Positions 47,513 through 57,586 of a stretch of DNA of 64,000 bases are shown piece by piece. How positions within the stretch are numbered: position 1 is the first letter of the stretch; each line of letters starts with the position of its first letter. Source of the stretch: Candidatus Aenigmatarchaeota archaeon (GTDB lineage: Archaea > Aenigmatarchaeota > Aenigmatarchaeia > CG10238-14 > SpSt-28); contig JAVYPJ010000002.1 of the NCBI GenBank assembly GCA_038733315.1, positions 160,001-224,000 of the forward strand. Reading direction: 5' to 3'. Under the pieces are notes generated by a model. The model saw only the letters and a list, made by a program, of their open reading frames with translations. It was not told where the DNA came from and did not search any database. The position numbers and the translations under genes were made by a program.

Positions 47513-47883
47513 ATTTTTAAAATTATTCTACTAGTAAAGTATTTTAACATTAAGGTAAGTAGAAAAACTATTAAAATATACATCAAAACCCAACTAACCT
47601 CTAAGTTTAAATACGGTAAATATACCTTAAAATTACCCAAAAACATCCACAGAACGTAAAAAATTAGAATTCCGGCAAAGATATTAACAAAAATATATTT
47701 TGAGCTAATTCTAAAAAATCTTATTTGACACTCCAAAACCTTATCTATTTTGTTTTCCTTAGAGTATTTTTCCATTTCTTTATAAAGTTCAGAAATCTTT
47801 CTATTTCTTTTAATAGCCAATTCAATTATAGTAGCTATGATTGCATAGATTATTGAAGCCGTTATTATTATAATTTCGCTCAT
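47494..47883 (-). CDS. DUF106 / EMC3-TMCO1 (Oxa1 superfamily) membrane protein
   Basis: TM-coiled coil-2TM, LP...SWVLMYIL; position between secY and L34e. Confidence 0.7.
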   Translation of the reverse strand: MSEIIIITASIIYAIIATIIELAIKRNRKISELYKEMEKYSKENKIDKVLECQIRFFRISSKYIFVNIFAGILIFYVLWMFLGNFKVYLPYLNLEVSWVLMYILIVFLLTLMLKYFTSRIILKIWGRKK

Positions 47884-49313
47884 TCTAAAAACCTTTTTAT
47901 GAAATTTGGTACATCTTCACTCTTTTCTCTCTTGATCATTAAGTAATAGCTATAAGACGCTGAAACGAGAATTATTAAAGCTGTATGATAAAGAATTGCT
48001 CCAAAAACGTCTGTTAAAACAGCTATTATTCCACTAAGTATTCCACTTAATATAGTTATAGTTGGTATGTATCTATCTAAAACATCTTTAATTACTCTTT
48101 CATCACTTCTATATCCACTAATTCCAAAACCATAATGAGATAGACTTTCAGCTATGGATTGTGGATCCATACCAGAAGAATATACCCAAATCCAAGAAAA
48201 GATAGTCAAAATTATAGTAAAAAATATAAAAAATACAATCGTTTTCAATATTTCTTTCTCTATGGTTATACCTTCTGGCAAAGTTTTTATTCCAAAAAAT
48301 TCAAGAATTAAGCCTCTAGGAACTGTGAAATAATAAGCAATTCCGCTAACAGCATAACCATTTGAATCAAAACAACCAAAAATTCCACATCTTAAATCAT
48401 CAACTTGAATAGTTGCGGAAGATAAAAACATCGAATGTAAAATCATTAAAAGTGATGAGCCAAAAATTAGAGGTAGTGTAGATGTATAAAACAAACTAAG
48501 CTCTAAGGGTCTTCCAAAACCTCTAAATTGAGTATAAACTAATGGTATTTCTATAACACTTCTTATAAACACTATCGAAAGAACAATTAATCCAAAAGTT
48601 GAAATAAGAGAAATTAAAGAACTCAAAAAAATTTCATAGTTTCCTCTTTCCATAGCAACAATTAAAGAAAGTAATTTTCCAGTGGGGTATGCGTTATCTT
48701 CTTGAAACCAAAGAATATACTTTCCAGTTTTGTATGAAATAGTAAATGGGCTTAACAAATTCACAAAAAACATGTAAATTATTCCGGCGAGAATTATTAA
48801 AGTTAACCCGCTTCCAAATCTTGTTTTATCAATACCCTTAGAAATTAAATAAACTAAAATGCCACCAAGAACTATTTGAAAATAAACTATTGCAAAAAAA
48901 CCAGGCTTTATTGGAACTTGGAAAGCAAATGCTAAACCCTCTATAAATATAAATAAATACGCTAATATAGCTTCTAAAGCCTTTGTTTTTTTTCTACCCT
49001 CTATATCTTTTATATCCCAGCCTAAAATCTTAGAAGATACGAGCAAATGAACTATAATAGATGCAGTAATTATTGGAGTTACGCCCAATGTAGCTAAGGT
49101 TCCTATTTTAGATCCGGTTAATGTTGAGTATAAAACCATAAACGGATTTGGTGTTTGATATGCATGTAATGTTCCTACTAAGGGAATGTTGAGCAAAAAG
49201 AAGTATAAAAGCAAAAATATGCAAATCCACTTCAACTTTTCTCTAAACGATAAACTCGTTTTAAATTCTTCAACAGTTGGCAAATACTTAGAAATTTTTA
49301 TTAGTATATCCAT
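47880..49313 (-). CDS. secY: Protein translocase subunit SecY
   Basis: EKLKW, LGVTPIITASII, GSGLTLII, LFYTS.LP.I, ISGYR, LDRYIP. Confidence 0.95.
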   Translation of the reverse strand: MDILIKISKYLPTVEEFKTSLSFREKLKWICIFLLLYFFLLNIPLVGTLHAYQTPNPFMVLYSTLTGSKIGTLATLGVTPIITASIIVHLLVSSKILGWDIKDIEGRKKTKALEAILAYLFIFIEGLAFAFQVPIKPGFFAIVYFQIVLGGILVYLISKGIDKTRFGSGLTLIILAGIIYMFFVNLLSPFTISYKTGKYILWFQEDNAYPTGKLLSLIVAMERGNYEIFLSSLISLISTFGLIVLSIVFIRSVIEIPLVYTQFRGFGRPLELSLFYTSTLPLIFGSSLLMILHSMFLSSATIQVDDLRCGIFGCFDSNGYAVSGIAYYFTVPRGLILEFFGIKTLPEGITIEKEILKTIVFFIFFTIILTIFSWIWVYSSGMDPQSIAESLSHYGFGISGYRSDERVIKDVLDRYIPTITILSGILSGIIAVLTDVFGAILYHTALIILVSASYSYYLMIKREKSEDVPNFIKRFLE

Positions 49314-49325
49314 AATTTTTTAGAA

Positions 49326-49745
49326 TTATGTAAAAATTACTTTTCCTCCCATACTTTCTATCTTTTTAATTGCATTCTTAGAAGCTTTACTTATTCTAAC
49401 TATTACTTTTCTATTTATACTCCCCTTAGATAAAAGCTTGTCATACCCCAATTTTTTAAGATCTATTTCTATATTATTTTCATCGATTTTCCCTTCTATA
49501 ATCATTCTATCTATAAGATTTGAAAGCTGAGATAAAGTTATTGTTTTTAACTCCTTTCTTAATGGATAAGAAAACCCTTTTTTTCCTATGGATTCTGGGT
49601 AATATTTTAGAAAATACATTAATTTTGAACCGAACTTACCAGCATTTCCCCTCCCCCCTCTTGAGCCTTTGCCTCTAGGATACCCATGCTTTCCATGGTA
49701 CGTTCTTTCACCCCTTCTCCTTTTTTTCTTAAACCTCACTACCAT
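49326..49745 (-). CDS. rpl15: 50S ribosomal protein L15
   Basis: RG.RT.HG, GSRGGRGNAG, GKKGF, KLLSKG, KIESMGG. Confidence 0.95.
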   Translation of the reverse strand: MVVRFKKKRRRGERTYHGKHGYPRGKGSRGGRGNAGKFGSKLMYFLKYYPESIGKKGFSYPLRKELKTITLSQLSNLIDRMIIEGKIDENNIEIDLKKLGYDKLLSKGSINRKVIVRISKASKNAIKKIESMGGKVIFT

Positions 49746-50155
49746 TTATATTTTTTATACAATAATGAATAAATTTCCTTCGAAAGCAGAAGCAATAAAG
49801 ATATTAGCGATAAAATAGAGGCTTCTAAGAGATATCCTAGGCCTACTAGCATTCCTATTGCAGAAACAAACCATAAGGATGCTGCAGTTGTTACCCCTAT
49901 AACCTTTTCTTCAATCTTTTCCTTTATTATTACACCCGCACCTATAAATCCCATTCCAACTAGTATATTTGCAATAATTCTTGCAGCATCCTGCTTTTCA
50001 AAAAAATCCATTGAAAAATAGGTAAATGTAAAGGCAGCTAAACCAACTAATATATGAGTTCTTACTCCAGCGGATTTATGCCTACTTTCCCTCTCTAAAC
50101 CTATTATACCACTAAGAATTATTATTAATGCTACCTTAATTAAAAACTCTTCCAT
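49739..50155 (-). CDS. MgtC/SapB family membrane protein
   Basis: IGLERE...KSAGVRTH, RIIANI..GMGFIGAG.I, GVTTAASLW; start placed at ATG 50155. Confidence 0.9.
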   Translation of the reverse strand: MEEFLIKVALIIILSGIIGLERESRHKSAGVRTHILVGLAAFTFTYFSMDFFEKQDAARIIANILVGMGFIGAGVIIKEKIEEKVIGVTTAASLWFVSAIGMLVGLGYLLEASILSLISLLLLLSKEIYSLLYKKYKW

Positions 50156-50165
50156 ACATATTTTT

Positions 50166-50369
50166 ATGAGAAAATTTCCAATAAATACTTTAAGGAGGTT
50201 GGCAAAGGAGTTAAAAGTTAGAAGACTATCCAAAGAAGCTATAGAGGAGCTTCAATTTTTTATAGAGTACAAAACAAAAAAAATTTTAGAATTAGCAAAA
50301 GAGATTATGATAAACTCTAAAAGAAAAACCCTAAAAAAGGAAGATATTTTATTAACTGTCAAAAAATGA
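50166..50369 (+). CDS. Archaeal histone-fold protein
   Basis: 67 aa; FP...RR, R.S..A, RKT.K.EDI.L aligns with HMf family. Confidence 0.85.
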   Translation: MRKFPINTLRRLAKELKVRRLSKEAIEELQFFIEYKTKKILELAKEIMINSKRKTLKKEDILLTVKK

Positions 50370-50376
50370 GATTATT

Positions 50377-51516
50377 ATGGAAAAGAAAACAAAAATAACT
50401 CCGTGGGAAGTTAAGGGAAAAATAGAATATGAAAAAGTTGCAAACGAATTTGGCCTAAAAATAATAGATGAAGACATAAAAGAAAAAATTAAAAAAATTG
50501 CAAAAGAAATTCATATTCTAATAAGAAGGGGCTATTTTTTTGCTCATAGAGATTTGGATTTAGTTTTAAAAGATTATGAAAATGGCAAAAAATTTTTTCT
50601 ATATACAGGCAGAGCACCAAGCGGGCCAATGCATATTGGTCACTTAATTCCATTTATTCTAACAAAATGGCTTCAAGAAAAATTCGAAGCTAATGTTTAC
50701 ATAGAAATACCAGATGAAGAAAAATTTGTAGCTGGAAAGGCGAAATTGGAAGAAATTGAATATTGGACAAAAGATAATTTATTAGATATCGCTGCTTTAA
50801 ATTTTGATGAGGATAAAACATTCATTTTTCTAACAAGTGAATATATAAAAAACATTTATAAATTAGCGATAAGAATTTCGTCTAAAATTAATTTTTCTAC
50901 AGCAAAAGCTATATTCGGCTTTACAAACCAATCTAATATAGGGATAATTTTTTACCCAGCGATTCAACTAGCACCAACTTTTTTCGAAGATTGCTATTGT
51001 TTAATTCCAGCTTCTCTAGATCAAGACCCTTATTGGAGATTACAAAGAGATATTGCAGAAAAGCTTAACGGAAAAAAATCTGCTCAAATAACTTCAAAAT
51101 TCTTAGTCCCATTAACAGGAATAGAAGGAAAAATGAGTTCTAGCGATCCAAAAACAGCAATATTTCTAAATGATTCAGAAGAAGAAGTAAAAGAAAAAAT
51201 TTTTAAATATGCATTTTCTGGAGGGCAGCCAACTATAGAATTGCATAGAAAGCTTGGAGGTAATCCAGAAATAGATGTTTGCTTTCAGTGGCTATATGCT
51301 TTTTTTGAAGAAGATGATAAAAAAATAGAAGAAATAAAAGAAAAGTATAAGAGTGGAGAATTATTAACTGGAGAGTTAAAAGAATATGCATCTAAAAAAA
51401 TATCTGAATTTTTAAAAGAGCATCAAAAAAGAAAAAAACACGCTGAAGATAAGTTAAGAAAGTATATGTATGAAGGAAAGTTAGCTAATGAAATGTTAAA
51501 CAAAATCTATTCATGA
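50377..51516 (+). CDS. trpS: Tryptophan-tRNA ligase
   Basis: TPWEV, HRD, YTGRAPS..MHIGH, DQDPYWR, KMSSS, AFSGG. Confidence 0.96.
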   Translation: MEKKTKITPWEVKGKIEYEKVANEFGLKIIDEDIKEKIKKIAKEIHILIRRGYFFAHRDLDLVLKDYENGKKFFLYTGRAPSGPMHIGHLIPFILTKWLQEKFEANVYIEIPDEEKFVAGKAKLEEIEYWTKDNLLDIAALNFDEDKTFIFLTSEYIKNIYKLAIRISSKINFSTAKAIFGFTNQSNIGIIFYPAIQLAPTFFEDCYCLIPASLDQDPYWRLQRDIAEKLNGKKSAQITSKFLVPLTGIEGKMSSSDPKTAIFLNDSEEEVKEKIFKYAFSGGQPTIELHRKLGGNPEIDVCFQWLYAFFEEDDKKIEEIKEKYKSGELLTGELKEYASKKISEFLKEHQKRKKHAEDKLRKYMYEGKLANEMLNKIYS

Positions 51517-52322
51517 ATGAAATTATTGAAATTTTAAATCAGATAGAAAAAAACTTTGGGAAAATTACACATAACGAATTTCTAAATCTTTTAAATAATA
51601 TAAAAAAACAAAATTTAGTTGAGAAATTAAGCGATGAAGTTTTTGTAATAGGAGATTTGCATGGCGATTACGATTCTTTAATAAATTTATTAAAATTTGT
51701 AGAAAATGAAAAAATTGTTTTTTTAGGTGATTATGGAGATAGAGGAAATTATCAAGTTGATGTTTATTATACAATAATAAAGCTAAAGAATGAATTAAAA
51801 GATAGAGTAATCCTATTGAGAGGTAATCACGAATTCTTCAAAAATTTCTTAGTATCTCCACATGATTTACCAAGACAACTATTAGCAAGGTTTGGGAATA
51901 AAGCTCTAGAAATTTATGAAGAAATAAAAAACTTTTGGGAAAAAATGAGCTTAGCAGCTTATAATAAAGATATATTTTTTGTTCACGGCGGAATTCCTAT
52001 AGAAAAAATAAAGATAGAAGAAATAGAAAAGCAAACTATTTCTGTATGGAATCAATTATTGTGGAACGATCCTATAGAAAAACAAGGTTTTTATCCTTCC
52101 TATAGAGGTATTGGATACCTTTTTGGAAGCGATATAACGAATGATTTTTTAGAAAAAAACAAAAAAAAGATTATAATAAGATCTCATGAACCATGTAACG
52201 GAATAAAGTACAATCATAACAATAAAGTTATTACTATTTTCTCGATGAAAGGTTACTACGGAAATGAAAAAGTAGCTGCTATAAGAATTAGAAAAGAAGA
52301 AATAGAAAAGATAATTATTTAA
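51513..52322 (+). CDS. PPP-family Ser/Thr protein phosphatase
   Basis: GDLHGD, GDYGDRG, LRGNHE, HGG, LWNDP, RSHE. Confidence 0.9.
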   Translation: MNEIIEILNQIEKNFGKITHNEFLNLLNNIKKQNLVEKLSDEVFVIGDLHGDYDSLINLLKFVENEKIVFLGDYGDRGNYQVDVYYTIIKLKNELKDRVILLRGNHEFFKNFLVSPHDLPRQLLARFGNKALEIYEEIKNFWEKMSLAAYNKDIFFVHGGIPIEKIKIEEIEKQTISVWNQLLWNDPIEKQGFYPSYRGIGYLFGSDITNDFLEKNKKKIIIRSHEPCNGIKYNHNNKVITIFSMKGYYGNEKVAAIRIRKEEIEKIII

Positions 52323-53089
52323 TGGCGCTATATTTTGTAGGTTTGGGAGTTGCCAACATTAAGGATATAAGTATAAGAGGCCTAGAGTTAATTAAAGAAA
52401 GTGATTTGATTTTTCTAGAAAATTATACTAGTTTATTTGAAAGCTCAAAGGAAGAAATAGAAAAGATAATAAACAAAGAAATAAAAATTCTAAGTAGAAA
52501 AGAATTAGAGGAAGAATATGAAAAAATTTTAGAGTTAGCAAAAAATAAGAAAGTTTGTATTTTAGTTTTTGGAGAGCCTTTTTTTGCAACAACTCATGTT
52601 TTTTTAAGAAACGAAGCTCTAAAAAGAAAAATAGAGGTTAAAATAGCTCATTCCTCTTGCTCCCTATGTTCAATTTTCTCTTTTGGAATAAGCTGCTATA
52701 AAATAGGAAAAATTATAACTATTCCTCTAAAATCAAAAATTTCGGATTATCCAAAAAGCATTTACGAGTTTATAAAACAAAATAAAAACAAAAAATTACA
52801 TACAATTCTTTTATTAGATATAGATGTTGAAAAAAAAGAATTTTTAAAACCTAAGGACGCTTTGAATTTCTTAATAGAAATAGAAAGGGAGTTTAAAGAA
52901 AATGTTATTAATGAAAATGATTTAGTAGCTATAATCAGTAAAATAGGTTATAATGAAGAAAAACTGTTCTTCGGAAAAATAAAAGATTTAATAGAAAGAG
53001 AAATAGAAATCCCAGCTATTATAGTACTTCTAGCTGAATTGTCAAAAATAGAAAAAGAAAGCTTAGAACTGTTATCAGAAAAGGTTTAA
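52322..53089 (+). CDS. dph5: Diphthine synthase
   Basis: LYFVGLG, ENYTS, GEPFFATTH, YKIGK..TIP, HTILLLD. Confidence 0.92.
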   Translation: MALYFVGLGVANIKDISIRGLELIKESDLIFLENYTSLFESSKEEIEKIINKEIKILSRKELEEEYEKILELAKNKKVCILVFGEPFFATTHVFLRNEALKRKIEVKIAHSSCSLCSIFSFGISCYKIGKIITIPLKSKISDYPKSIYEFIKQNKNKKLHTILLLDIDVEKKEFLKPKDALNFLIEIEREFKENVINENDLVAIISKIGYNEEKLFFGKIKDLIEREIEIPAIIVLLAELSKIEKESLELLSEKV

Positions 53090-53092
53090 AAA

Positions 53093-53623
53093 TCACTTAG
53101 AAGGTTTAAGAGAAAAGTAAATTATTATAGAAAATATGAGAAGGAAAACTATTAATGCTATTGTGGAATAAACTTCTTCTTCCATAGAAGAAATAGAAAA
53201 AGCAAAGCCCCTGAAAACTACTAATCCTATTACTATAAAAACTGAAAGTGTTAGAAAGAATATGAAAATGAAAGAAGTCTTATCTATTTGTTTTTTGCCA
53301 ACTTCTTCTAAGGCTGGTTTAAATATAAAGGGTAAAAACATTATTACTATAATTGATATCATTACAAAAATTGTATAAATCAAAAATCCGGAAAGATATT
53401 GAGTAATATCTATACCAGCAATTATAGGTGCTGCAGAAACTAAAAAAGCTGCAGATATAGATATGACAGAATTCACAGCCATGTTTTCCTTAGGATCTCC
53501 AAAAATTTTACTTTTCCTAAGCAAACCGTAAAAAACTGCGGATGTTAATATAAAGGGTATTATAAACTTAAAAAATCCAAGATTGTTCAAAGTTATTATT
53601 AAATTCGAGATGGGATCTACCAT
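53093..53623 (-). CDS. Multi-pass membrane protein
   Basis: GFFKFIIPFILT.A..YGLL.KSKIFG, 5 TMs; paralogous to next gene. Confidence 0.65.
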   Translation of the reverse strand: MVDPISNLIITLNNLGFFKFIIPFILTSAVFYGLLRKSKIFGDPKENMAVNSVISISAAFLVSAAPIIAGIDITQYLSGFLIYTIFVMISIIVIMFLPFIFKPALEEVGKKQIDKTSFIFIFFLTLSVFIVIGLVVFRGFAFSISSMEEEVYSTIALIVFLLIFSIIIYFSLKPSK

Positions 53624-53626
53624 ATT

Positions 53627-54190
53627 TTACCTTATTGTCACCCTTCCAGCTATTACTATTATAATAGCAAGAATTATTAATAAAACTAGTAAACCAAGAG
53701 TAAAAGTTATTTCAGATGGCGTTGAACTTACAGAGCTTGTATGAGTTTTTTCGTAAGCAACGCTTGGGCCGCCAAGTGTTGAAATAATAATAGTAAGCAT
53801 TCCACTAGTTATAAGAACTAAAATACCGAAAATTAACATAACGCTTAACATCATTCTACTATTTTGAAACCTCTCCAAAACTTTCAAAAAATCCGGATAA
53901 AACATAGAAGAAACTATAAGACCAACTAAGAAAATTATCGCTATAATAAACATCTGAACAAAGAAAGTAGATAAAAATATGGAAATGTCTATACCACTAA
54001 TAACTGGAAAGACTAAAACGAGTAAAAAAACTAAGAAAGAAATTAATCCGGAAATAGACTTAGATTCAACTATTTTTGACCTTGTTAAAAAAACATAAGT
54101 CAATGTCATAAACAAAATCGATGGTACTACAAAAGTTATTATTCCGCTTTCTATTAGACTCAATATAGCATTTTCTATATAATTCTCCAT
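53627..54190 (-). CDS. Multi-pass membrane protein
   Basis: GIITFVVP.IL...Y..L.RSKI, 5 TMs. Confidence 0.65.
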   Translation of the reverse strand: MENYIENAILSLIESGIITFVVPSILFMTLTYVFLTRSKIVESKSISGLISFLVFLLVLVFPVISGIDISIFLSTFFVQMFIIAIIFLVGLIVSSMFYPDFLKVLERFQNSRMMLSVMLIFGILVLITSGMLTIIISTLGGPSVAYEKTHTSSVSSTPSEITFTLGLLVLLIILAIIIVIAGRVTIR

Positions 54191-54192
54191 AA

Positions 54193-54921
54193 TTAGACCT
54201 TAAGTTTTTGTACTATTTCGCCCAATAATCTAACGCTTTCTATTAATGAAGGTAGCAACTCTTTTAAGGTCTTGCTTAAAGTATCTACTTTAATAGATAG
54301 CTCGCTTACCATATCTCTATTTAATCTAATTTCACTAAGAATTTTATTTAGCTCGTCTTTGCTTCCTTTTGATAAATCCTCTATTTCCTCCTTTAGACTC
54401 AAAATCCTCTCTTCAAACTCTTTAAATCTTAAATTTGTCTCCATAAGTCTCTTGTTAATTTCCTGCATTTTTTCCCTAAGTAAGTATTCTATATATTCCT
54501 CTAAGCTTACATAGTCTATTTGTGTATCTACAGCTTCTTCTTTTTTCGTTTGCGCTTGTTGAGTTGTTGAAAGAGGTGCTGAAGCTATAGGTTGAAATGC
54601 TTGTTGTTGAAATTGCGATTGAATGCTTGCTTGGATGTTTTGAGGTTGTTGTGTATAAATTTGTTGATTTTGCGGTACTAATTCTGTTTGTTGAGTAATA
54701 GAGGTTTTTTCAACTTGAGTCTGCAAGCTCCTACTACTTAAAGCTTCCATAAGAGCCTTATCTATTTCTTCTGGGGAAAATCCTTCTTTTCTTAATAAAT
54801 CGATAATTTCGATTTCGCTAAAACCCTTGTCTAACAAGTTTTTAACCCTTTCTACAGGAATCTCGCCTTTACCAACTTTTACCTCTTTTTTGCCACTAAA
54901 TAACCCGCCAAACATACTCAT
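54193..54921 (-). CDS. Coiled-coil protein with N-terminal helical domain and Gln-rich linker
   Basis: GFSE.EII..LR.EGFSPEEID.A; Q-rich spacer; heptad-rich C-terminus. Confidence 0.65.
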   Translation of the reverse strand: MSMFGGLFSGKKEVKVGKGEIPVERVKNLLDKGFSEIEIIDLLRKEGFSPEEIDKALMEALSSRSLQTQVEKTSITQQTELVPQNQQIYTQQPQNIQASIQSQFQQQAFQPIASAPLSTTQQAQTKKEEAVDTQIDYVSLEEYIEYLLREKMQEINKRLMETNLRFKEFEERILSLKEEIEDLSKGSKDELNKILSEIRLNRDMVSELSIKVDTLSKTLKELLPSLIESVRLLGEIVQKLKV

Positions 54922-54927
54922 AAATTA

Positions 54928-55314
54928 TTATTTATTTTTAATATTTATTAATTCATTAACAATCCTTTTAACTTCTTCTCTAGTAACAAAATTAGATCTT
55001 ATTGGATTAAACAACTCGAACAATTCCTTTATTTCTTTGACTTCAATCACATCAGCTTTTTTCTTAAGCTCTGCCTTAATCTTTTCTATTTCAATATTAA
55101 TAGAATTTAACTCGTTTTTTAAATCTTCAATAGCTGCCTTATTTTTGTTATTTTCTTCATTAAAATTTTTTATTATTTTATCGATTTTTTCATTAGTATT
55201 CCTAATCTCCATTTCTATTTTAGTTATTCTCTGATCTATCATCCTTATTTGTAAATTTAAGTCATTCAATAAACTAATAAACTTTTGGTCGCTAGAAAAA
55301 GACTCACTCGCCAT
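54928..55314 (-). CDS. Coiled-coil protein
   Basis: Heptads, LFNP..S.FVTREEV; start placed at ATG 55314. Confidence 0.6.
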   Translation of the reverse strand: MASESFSSDQKFISLLNDLNLQIRMIDQRITKIEMEIRNTNEKIDKIIKNFNEENNKNKAAIEDLKNELNSINIEIEKIKAELKKKADVIEVKEIKELFELFNPIRSNFVTREEVKRIVNELINIKNK

Positions 55315-55345
55315 AATTAATTGTAGTCCAGAAAAATTATATATT

Positions 55346-57574
55346 ATGGAAATTAATGTAATAGAGAACAAGCTACAAATAGACTTGAGGTCTGGATGGA
55401 GCGATTTAATAACTATCGAAGATGGAAGAGAAACTATGAAATTAGTTATAGAAAATTTGCTTGCAAATAAAAATATTGTAGATATAATAATTCTAGGTGA
55501 TAGAGAGCTTGAGTATGATTTCGAAAAAATAAAAATACTAAGAGAAATAGCAAATTGCTATGAAGCCATAAACTATAAAAAATTATTAACTCCGCTTCCA
55601 GAAGAAATAAAATTTTTTGAAAGCCTATCTACAAATTTTGAAATATTGAATAATATTGTCGAAAACATTAAATCGGACATTATAGAAAGTTACAAAAAAT
55701 TAGTATTACTGAAAAAAAGACTATCCTTCTTAGCACAAAAAACTAAGAACAATGTTTTAGCGTTTTTCATCGAAAAACACATAATACCTATAATAGATGA
55801 AATGAAAAAAACCACTATAATTAAACTCTTGATAGAAAAAGAAGAAATAGAAAAATACATTTATAAACCAAAAGATAGGAGTATATATAGAGAAATACTT
55901 TCACCAATAATAAGACCGATATTCATGGAAACGAAATTTTATTTAGTTTTGCCAAAAGATTCTATAAAAATAGAAGAGTATGAAATAAAAGGAAACTTAA
56001 AGGTTGAAATTTATAAAGTTCCTAATAAAGTTAGATACATTTATGTTTTGCACGCCCCAGAATTCTATTTAAATAGCGATGAAATAAGAATATTAGAAAG
56101 GGTTAGAGAATATTTAACAGAACATAAGCCAAGTGAAGCAGAATTAAGGGATTTTCAAAAAACAAGAGAAGCGTTTTATAATTTAGAGTTAGATTTAATA
56201 AAAAGAGTTGCTGAAGAGCTCAATACACCAATACCAGAAAAAAGAGTTAAGGAATTAGCAGATATATTAGTTAGATATACTGTAGGTTTTGGAATTTTAG
56301 AAAGAATTCTTGCAGATGAAAACGTCACAGATATTTATATTAATGCACCTATAGGAATGCTCCCAATATTTGTTCAACACGTAAATTATGAAGAATGCGA
56401 AACGAATATAGTTATTTCAGCAATAGAGGCAGAAAACTGGGCAACTAAGTTTAGATTATACTCTGGAAGACCATTAGATGAAGCTAATCCAGTATTAGAT
56501 ACTGAACTAAACATTCCAGAGGGTAGAGCTAGAGTTGCGATTACTACTAGAAGCTTAAATCCAGAAGGTTTATCTTTTGCATTTAGAAGGCATAGAGATA
56601 AACCATGGACCTTACCTTTATTAATAAAAAAGAAAGCAATTAATCCACTGTTTGCTGGATTAATGAACTTTATTGCAGCAGGCGGTAGAAGTTTCTTAGT
56701 TGCTGGTGGAAGAGGTTCTGGAAAAACTAGTTTATTAGGGGCAATAATGTTAGAAATACCAAGAAAATATAGAATAATAGTTATTGAAGATACCCTAGAA
56801 TTACCAGTACCACAGATGAGAGAGCTTGGATTTAATGTAGAAAGATTAAAATCAAGAAGTGTAATTACAAAAGTAGAAAGCGAATTGCCAGCTGAAGAAG
56901 CATTAAGAACTGCATTAAGATTAGGAGATAGTGCATTAATAATTGGTGAAATTAGATCTACAGAAGCATTAACACTTTTTGAAGCGATGAGAGTTGGTGC
57001 ATTAGCACATAGCGTTGCTGGAACTATTCATGGCGAATCTGCATATGGAGTTTTCGATAGAGTTGTTAACGATCTAAAAGTTCCTAAGACAAGCTTTAAA
57101 GCAGTAGATTTAATAATAATTTCAGCAAACTTAAAATCGGCAGATGGACTAAGAAGATATAAAAGAGTTGTTGAAGTTGTTGAAGTTAAAAAACATTGGG
57201 AAGAAGATCCATTAGCTGAAAACGCGTTTGTTCCATTAATGATTTATAATGCAAAAGAAGATAGTTTGCTACCAACCCAAACATTAATTAATGGAGAAAG
57301 TTTTGTTATTAGAGAAATTTCAAAAAGAATACCAGAGTTTTATGGAAATTGGGATTTGGTATGGAATAATATTTTACTTAGAGCAAAAATAAAACAAAGG
57401 TTAGTTGAGCTAAGCGAAGAACTTAAAAAACCCGAACTCTTAGAGGCTGATTTTGTTGTATGGAGCAATGAATTGTTTAATTTAATTTCTGAAGAAGTAA
57501 AAAATGAAATTGGGAAATTAGATTCCAATGAAATTTATAAGAGATGGGAAGAAAAGGTTATGGAAAAAATTTAA
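55346..57574 (+). CDS. Type II/IV secretion system ATPase (FlaI/TadA/VirB11 family)
   Basis: GFGILE..L.D, GGRGSGKTS, IEDTLEL, LRLGDSALIIGEIRS.EA, GTIHG. Confidence 0.92.
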   Translation: MEINVIENKLQIDLRSGWSDLITIEDGRETMKLVIENLLANKNIVDIIILGDRELEYDFEKIKILREIANCYEAINYKKLLTPLPEEIKFFESLSTNFEILNNIVENIKSDIIESYKKLVLLKKRLSFLAQKTKNNVLAFFIEKHIIPIIDEMKKTTIIKLLIEKEEIEKYIYKPKDRSIYREILSPIIRPIFMETKFYLVLPKDSIKIEEYEIKGNLKVEIYKVPNKVRYIYVLHAPEFYLNSDEIRILERVREYLTEHKPSEAELRDFQKTREAFYNLELDLIKRVAEELNTPIPEKRVKELADILVRYTVGFGILERILADENVTDIYINAPIGMLPIFVQHVNYEECETNIVISAIEAENWATKFRLYSGRPLDEANPVLDTELNIPEGRARVAITTRSLNPEGLSFAFRRHRDKPWTLPLLIKKKAINPLFAGLMNFIAAGGRSFLVAGGRGSGKTSLLGAIMLEIPRKYRIIVIEDTLELPVPQMRELGFNVERLKSRSVITKVESELPAEEALRTALRLGDSALIIGEIRSTEALTLFEAMRVGALAHSVAGTIHGESAYGVFDRVVNDLKVPKTSFKAVDLIIISANLKSADGLRRYKRVVEVVEVKKHWEEDPLAENAFVPLMIYNAKEDSLLPTQTLINGESFVIREISKRIPEFYGNWDLVWNNILLRAKIKQRLVELSEELKKPELLEADFVVWSNELFNLISEEVKNEIGKLDSNEIYKRWEEKVMEKI

Positions 57575-57586
57575 GAACTTAGTTCT

